From the NCBI GenBank assembly GCA_963782115.1, contig CAWAIK010000020.1, forward strand, positions 10,137 through 74,136: a stretch of 64,000 nt of DNA, written 5' to 3'. Of the stretch, positions 59,654-64,000 are shown in pieces. The stretch comes from an uncultured Verrucomicrobiae bacterium. GTDB taxonomy: Bacteria > Verrucomicrobiota > Verrucomicrobiia > Chthoniobacterales > JAFAMB01. The notes under the pieces were generated by a model. The model saw only the letters and a program-made list of their open reading frames with translations. It had not been told where the DNA came from and ran no database searches. Both the position numbers and the translations under genes were made by a program. Every line of letters begins with the position of its first letter. Position 1 is the first letter of the stretch.

Positions 59654-59951
59654 CGTTGAAGGTTGAACGCCGAACGTTGAACGCCGAACGTTGAACGCTG
59701 AACGTTGAACGTTGAACGTTGAACGCTGAACGTTGAACGTTGAACGTTGAACGCTGAACGCCGAACGCTGAACGTTGAACGCTGAACGTTGAACGCTGAA
59801 CGCTGAACGTTGAACGCTGAACGTTGAACGCTGAACGCTGAACGCTGAACGTTGAACGTTGAACGTTGAACGCCGAACGTTGAACGCCGAACGTTGAACG
59901 CCGAACGTTGAACGCGGAACGTTGAACGTTGAACGTTGAACGCTGAACGCC
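59654..59951. repeat. heptanucleotide tandem array B, main part: (GAACGYY) x 41
   Basis: I counted 41 consecutive units from 59665 (GAACGCC GAACGTT GAACGCC GAACGTT GAACGCT ...), with only TT/CT/CC variants plus one CG. It is the reverse complement of the array A unit. It ends ~60 nt before the ECF sigma start codon. Confidence 0.95.
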
Positions 59952-60011
59952 AAGTCTCCGAGAAACCGCTTCGCATCGAGGAGGTGTCGCGAGTATCCTT
60001 TGGACACGAGT

Positions 60012-60590
60012 ATGGAACCTGATCAGGCAAAAGAACTTGAAGCGCAGATCGAGCTTTTGCAACGGGTCGGTCAGGGAGATCGCGGGAGTTTCGAGGAGCT
60101 TTACGATCGGCTTTCGGGCGTCTTGTTTTCCACGGCTTACCGCGTGCTGAACAATCCGCTGGCCGCCGAGGACGTGCTGCAGGATGTCTTCATCCAGATC
60201 TGGGAAAAGGCGCCGCTTTACAATCCGACCCTCGGCAAACCGCTGACTTGGGCAGTGACGCTCACGCGCAACAAGGCCATCGATCGCCTGCGCTCGACGC
60301 AGCGCCGCGATCGGTTGCAGGACAACATGCAGCGCGAATCGGAGATATACGAGCAGTTCGACGACCGGAGTTCCTTCGACGCGGTCGCCTCGCTGGAGAC
60401 GCGCCAGCTGGTGCGCAAAGCGATTGAGAAGCTCTCGCAGGACCAGCGCCAGGTGATCGAACTCGCGTTCTTTTCCTCGATGACCCAGACGGAAATCGCG
60501 GAGCTTCTCAACGAGCCGCTCGGGACCATCAAGGCGCGCATCCGGCGTGGTATGCTGAAGCTGCGGGATATGATTAGCCAGGAATTGTAG
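60012..60590 (+). CDS. ECF-type RNA polymerase sigma factor (sigma-70 family group 4)
   Basis: Region 2 is FEELYDRLSGVLFSTAYRVL.N...AEDVLQDVFIQIWEKA. Region 4 is LSQDQRQVIELAFFSSMTQTEIAELLNEPLGTIKARIRRGMLKLR. Confidence 0.85.
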   Translation: MEPDQAKELEAQIELLQRVGQGDRGSFEELYDRLSGVLFSTAYRVLNNPLAAEDVLQDVFIQIWEKAPLYNPTLGKPLTWAVTLTRNKAIDRLRSTQRRDRLQDNMQRESEIYEQFDDRSSFDAVASLETRQLVRKAIEKLSQDQRQVIELAFFSSMTQTEIAELLNEPLGTIKARIRRGMLKLRDMISQEL

Positions 60591-60642
60591 CGATATCGGC
60601 GGAGAAGAGACAGTGTCTGCGATTGCCCGGCAGAGTTTCAGT

Positions 60643-61218
60643 TTAGGCCGGGATGCGCTTGGCGAACTCGCGTTCTCGGGCGACGAGCCAGAGTGGCTGA
60701 CCCACTCCGTCAAGGATCGGCGTGATAGCTATATCGACCCAATAAGGCTCACCGTTCTTGCGATAATTGAGGATGGCCTCATGGCACGGCCGGCATTCGT
60801 GTACCGCTCGGCGCATCCGCTCCGCTGTTTCGCGATCGGTTTTCTCGCCCTGCAAAATCGGGCCGAGCGTTTTCCCGCGCAGTTCTTCGAGCGTGTATCC
60901 ACACATCGCGCTGAAGGCGGGGTTGATCCATTGCACCAGGCCCTCCGGGCCGGACACTACCAAACTCTCCGTGCTCCCTTGTTGGGGGCGATCGCAGAGC
61001 GTGCCCAAAACCCGAGCCTTGAGTCCCGACGAAGGCCCAAACTTGGCTGGACGCAACGCCGCGAGCGTGACGGCGACGCCGATTTCGGCCAATCCGACTG
61101 CGAATTCCCTGAGTTCATCATGGAATTCGAGCACCAATTCAAACTGTTCCCGTTCCTGCGGCGACATGGCGCCCGACACGTAGAGCGCGGCTCGTTCCTG
61201 AAGGAATTCGGCAATCAT
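60643..61218 (-). CDS. anti-sigma-factor-like N-terminal region fused to a PAS domain
   Basis: The N-terminus ...AALYVSGAMSPQEREQFELVLEFHDELREFAVGL resembles RskA/ChrR-type anti-sigma N-termini. The C-terminus ...GLVQWINPAFSAMCGYTLEELRGK....ILQG..TD......M...V....P....ILNYRKNGEPYWV is a PAS fold. Convergent with the sigma gene. Confidence 0.6.
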   Translation of the reverse strand: MIAEFLQERAALYVSGAMSPQEREQFELVLEFHDELREFAVGLAEIGVAVTLAALRPAKFGPSSGLKARVLGTLCDRPQQGSTESLVVSGPEGLVQWINPAFSAMCGYTLEELRGKTLGPILQGEKTDRETAERMRRAVHECRPCHEAILNYRKNGEPYWVDIAITPILDGVGQPLWLVAREREFAKRIPA

Positions 61219-61637
61219 TGGGAATCGAAATCAAAAAAAATTAAACGGTCCCAAATTAGTACGCTTGGACGTTTCATCCGGATTCTAATCGGTTGTGTTT
61301 TTACCGATGGAAGTTCCGGTTTCCTCGATCGGTTGGTTTGGCACCTGCGGTCGCCTTTCCAAAGGGCGAAGAAACTGTTGATTGGGGGCATGGAATACGT
61401 CAGGACCCGCAACACTCAACTTCGGTCGCCCGAGTGTCACGAGAGCGCTAAGACCTCTAGCATCGAACTATTCGGACTTTCAAGGAGGAAGTATCGCATA
61501 GCACCTGGGATTAAGGAGGCGATTTTTTCGAGCTTCTAAAAAGACCCATTCTTCCTTGGGCGGCGCGTCTTCCACGCGGCGATGGAACAGGACGCTACCG
61601 ATCAAACATCGAGTGGAGCCCGCATTCGCAGAGCCCT

Positions 61638-62432
61638 TTACTCGATGGACTCTTCCTGATTCGCTCTCAGGATGATTGGAGCGATGCGTGCATAAAACCG
61701 GATAACATAGATCAGATAACCAAACAGCTGGACTGTTTGAATCAGCGCAAACACGATATGCGCGCCTCCTCGGATGAAGGTCTCCGGCCAGCGATAGATG
61801 CAATATACCGCGAAAAAATAGTACAGAGCCAAACCAGGCACCAGCCAGAGAATGTTCAGATGCTGGTCGCGTAGAACAATTCCGTACAACTCTTCTTCTG
61901 CAGGTCCAACCGCTTCGGCTTGACGCTGGCGTATCAAGCGCAGATCGGCAAGGAACAATGCCCATACTGCCACAGCGAACGCACCGCTTAACGCATACCA
62001 TCGAAACGGATCAGTCACGTCAGTGAACAAAATCGCTTCAAACAAGGTACACGTGATGTAAAGGAAGTTATGCCTGAATTCCAGTGGCCAGCGAATCAAA
62101 GTCAGTGTATGCGTCGTTGACCGGGACCAGAACAACAAGATCATCAGCAACCCGTTGGCTGCATAGGGCCACTGATCGAAACGGAGATCACCGACTGGTG
62201 CTCGGGAACTCTCCGAGAGAACGGATAACGCCACCCCCTGAATGATGCTCACCAACGTCAATTCGATGTTGACCACCAGTCCGTCCAACTGGCGTCGCGT
62301 CGCTCTCTGGGCTTTCCGTTCGCCCCTGGTTTGCGGAGAATGCATTCGAGCAGACTTTCCTCGTGCGAATTTCGCTGAGAAAACACGATCAGCGGACATT
62401 AACAGTCGTGATCGCGAAGGGGAAGAAAACAA
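61638..62432 (-). CDS. hypothetical polytopic membrane protein
   Basis: 264-aa ORF with about 6 hydrophobic helices (IELTLVSIIQGVALSVL, GLLMILLFW, FAVAVWALFLADL...). The start codon is uncertain. Confidence 0.45.
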   Translation of the reverse strand: MFSSPSRSRLLMSADRVFSAKFARGKSARMHSPQTRGERKAQRATRRQLDGLVVNIELTLVSIIQGVALSVLSESSRAPVGDLRFDQWPYAANGLLMILLFWSRSTTHTLTLIRWPLEFRHNFLYITCTLFEAILFTDVTDPFRWYALSGAFAVAVWALFLADLRLIRQRQAEAVGPAEEELYGIVLRDQHLNILWLVPGLALYYFFAVYCIYRWPETFIRGGAHIVFALIQTVQLFGYLIYVIRFYARIAPIILRANQEESIE

Positions 62433-62438
62433 CGCAGC

Positions 62439-62483
62439 AAAGCCCTGTCCAAAAGGGGTGTAACCCCGTTCAGACAGGGCTTT
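62439..62483. terminator. strong stem-loop, possible bidirectional/rho-independent terminator
   Basis: AAAGCCCTGTC-(inner hairpin GGGGTgtaACCCC)-GACAGGGCTTT has an 11-bp perfect outer stem. On the minus strand it is followed by GCTGCGTTGTTTTCTT. Confidence 0.35.
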
Positions 62484-62897
62484 ACGGTTTTATCTGGTAA
62501 AGCCGAACGCCCAAGGAGTCGAACGTCTGGTCGTCAGAAAAGGGAGCCAGACACGAGAAATGTCCGAGTTAGCCGCGAGCGCTGGCAAGGTTTCATCGCT
62601 GGTTTCCCAAACTGGAATTGATGATTATTGAAAATGGATGCATTGATCACGCCGACGGCTTCACCAGGATGGAATATCTTCGTGAACACATCCGCGAAGT
62701 GACCCGGTCGAGAAGGCTGGGAATCCCGGTGCACGCCTACATCTGTTGGAGCATCACCTGATGAAAGGCGCCTTCAGCAAATGCGTGTCCACAGGCAATG
62801 TAGCACGACAGCTTCACGGTTTTCAATCCGAGGAACAGCAATACAGCAATCACGCTGAAGCCATTGTTACCTTGTGAATTGCGCACCTCACGTAAAT

Positions 62898-63560
62898 TCA
62901 CCATTGAGGCGATGAGAATGCCACGTGAACCTGGATTTCCAGGGAACCGGCGACGTCTTGGCTGCTCAGCAAGATGGCGGTCTTGAGGGGATCGTTTCCT
63001 GCCCACGCATCATACCGGTCGCCGAAGGTATGTTCAAAACCGTGTAGCACTCGATTCAAGTTCAGGCGTAGATCGTCATATCTTTCTATGGAGCTTCGGG
63101 TCGACAGCGCCTGGTAGTACAGGTGATAGTTGTAGGCAGGCTGTTGTCCAGCGCTATAATAGACTTCTTCAAGCTCCGCGGACGCGGCACCGCCGAAGAG
63201 AAAAGTTCCTTCATAGATCTTCCTGATTCGAAAAAGAGGATTGGGATCAGGGCCATTCTCGATCCTTTTGAATTTCCCGCGAAATTCGAGGAAGCCCTTC
63301 CCAGAAGCCTGAAGAAGCTGCTTTATACCATTTTCGAAAGTATCAGGAGTCGAACTCGCAGCGGGCGCGATGCTCGCCGTCGGTGACGCCGTTGGAGTGG
63401 GTGTTACAATTGGTGTGACAGGCGCAGTGGCGGCTGGTATTGGGACTGCCGTTGATGCGGGGGTGACAGTCGGTGTCGGCGCCGGCGTCGCCGGCGTCGA
63501 CGATTGCCGATGGCATTGACAAAGCAAGAAAGCCGCGGCGCCGAGGATGCCGGCAGTCAT
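62898..63560 (-). CDS. hypothetical lipoprotein with Thr/Pro/Ala-rich linker
   Basis: From Met at 63560: MTAGILGAAAFLLCQC (lipobox-like), a TPATPAPTPTVTPAS... linker, then a ~150-aa globular C-terminal domain of unknown family. Confidence 0.5.
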   Translation of the reverse strand: MTAGILGAAAFLLCQCHRQSSTPATPAPTPTVTPASTAVPIPAATAPVTPIVTPTPTASPTASIAPAASSTPDTFENGIKQLLQASGKGFLEFRGKFKRIENGPDPNPLFRIRKIYEGTFLFGGAASAELEEVYYSAGQQPAYNYHLYYQALSTRSSIERYDDLRLNLNRVLHGFEHTFGDRYDAWAGNDPLKTAILLSSQDVAGSLEIQVHVAFSSPQW

Positions 63561-63871
63561 GCAATGTCGAGAACCGTACCGCGTGAGCTGAGTGATCGAT
63601 CTTTGGATTGTGTCCGGGCGCGTCGAGAACGCTGGTTTTCGCCGTCGGAGGGGTCCGTTGTCACGGAAACTAAAATGCTTTGTATCAGGCATAGCGATCG
63701 AAACTCTCTTCGAGTACTACCTCGTACGGAGAATCGCACCGGTAAAGCAAGATCGGGGTGGAGACGATCGTAGTTTCTCTCCGTCGAGTCGAGCCCCCGT
63801 CTTGCTGAGACTCGGATTTTTGGCCTTGCCAAAGCCCGGTTGTGCCATATGGTCAGCATCCGCAATAGAAA

Positions 63872-63945
63872 GCACCCGTAGCTCAACTGGATAGAGCGAC
63901 AGTCTACGGAACTGTAGGTTACCCGTTCGAGCCGGGTCGGGTGCA
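63872..63945 (+). tRNA. tRNA-Arg (anticodon ACG)
   Basis: Folds by hand as a cloverleaf: GCACCCG/CGGGTGC acceptor, GCTC-AACTGGATA-GAGC D arm, ACAGT-CTACGGA-ACTGT anticodon arm, AGGTT variable loop, ACCCG-TTCGAGC-CGGGT T arm, discriminator A. CCA is not encoded. Confidence 0.95.
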
Positions 63946-64000
63946 TAAGTTGCTGATTTGGAGGAACTTACAGAAGGTGTAGGAAACTCGTAGGAAAAGG

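Noticed and set aside
57537-59951. Heptamer arrays as a possible CRISPR array
   Set aside because: The units are 7 nt and directly abutting with no unique spacers. No cas genes are present in the window.
59628-60713. 361-aa minus-strand ORF, the longest ORF in this part of the window
   Set aside because: Its C-terminal third is just the heptamer array read in frame (…QRSTFNVQRSAF…). The rest is antisense to a well-supported ECF sigma factor gene. It has no independent motif.
62534-63006. Two small minus-strand ORFs (55-66 aa) downstream of the lipoprotein gene
   Set aside because: They are tightly packed and could be real small proteins (one has a hydrophobic helix). I recognise no family, and they are only ORF-level evidence, so they are not reported as features.

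Overview
64-kb bacterial chromosomal window with moderate GC by eye. A UBact plus 20S-proteasome module and the general gene content suggest a Verrucomicrobia/PVC-like organism; this is inference only. Layout: (i) 0-35.7 kb holds mostly core genes (nuoB-nuoC, lepA, lepB, gnd-zwf, moeB-like, prfB, glgC, glmS). At least 18 reading-frame breaks are concentrated in 8 genes between 4 and 22 kb, while neighbouring genes are intact. (ii) 35.7-48.9 kb begins within 2 nt of the glmS stop codon. It is a decayed accessory island of truncated, high-GC gene fragments. It also holds recombinase remnants, an intact IS splitting a P-loop kinase gene, and an apparently intact Xre-ImmA / unknown / HEPN-like three-gene cassette. 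(iii) 48.9-57.5 kb holds a deoxyhypusine-synthase-like gene, a UBact (Pup-like) ORF with proteasome beta and alpha subunits but no Mpa/Dop/PafA neighbours, a PFK and a sugar ABC transporter. (iv) 57.5-60.0 kb holds two oppositely oriented arrays of a 7-nt tandem repeat, (RRCGTTC)~23 and (GAACGYY)~47. They form a giant imperfect palindrome just upstream of an ECF sigma gene, and the second array is split by an IS1634-like element with an 8-bp target duplication. (v) 60-64 kb holds the ECF sigma factor, a convergent anti-sigma-like/PAS protein, membrane and lipoproteins, and tRNA-Arg(ACG). Other structures: two copies of a ~260-270 bp TA-flanked MITE-like element with a perfect 28-bp terminal inverted repeat and nested internal stems. 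arsM is bracketed by two identical 44-bp 5' halves of a tRNA-Phe gene. A disrupted four-helix-bundle (23S-IVS-protein family) gene sits inside inverted short-tandem-repeat arms. No CRISPR array and no rRNA gene were seen. All protein assignments come from recognising motifs in the supplied translations; no database search was run.
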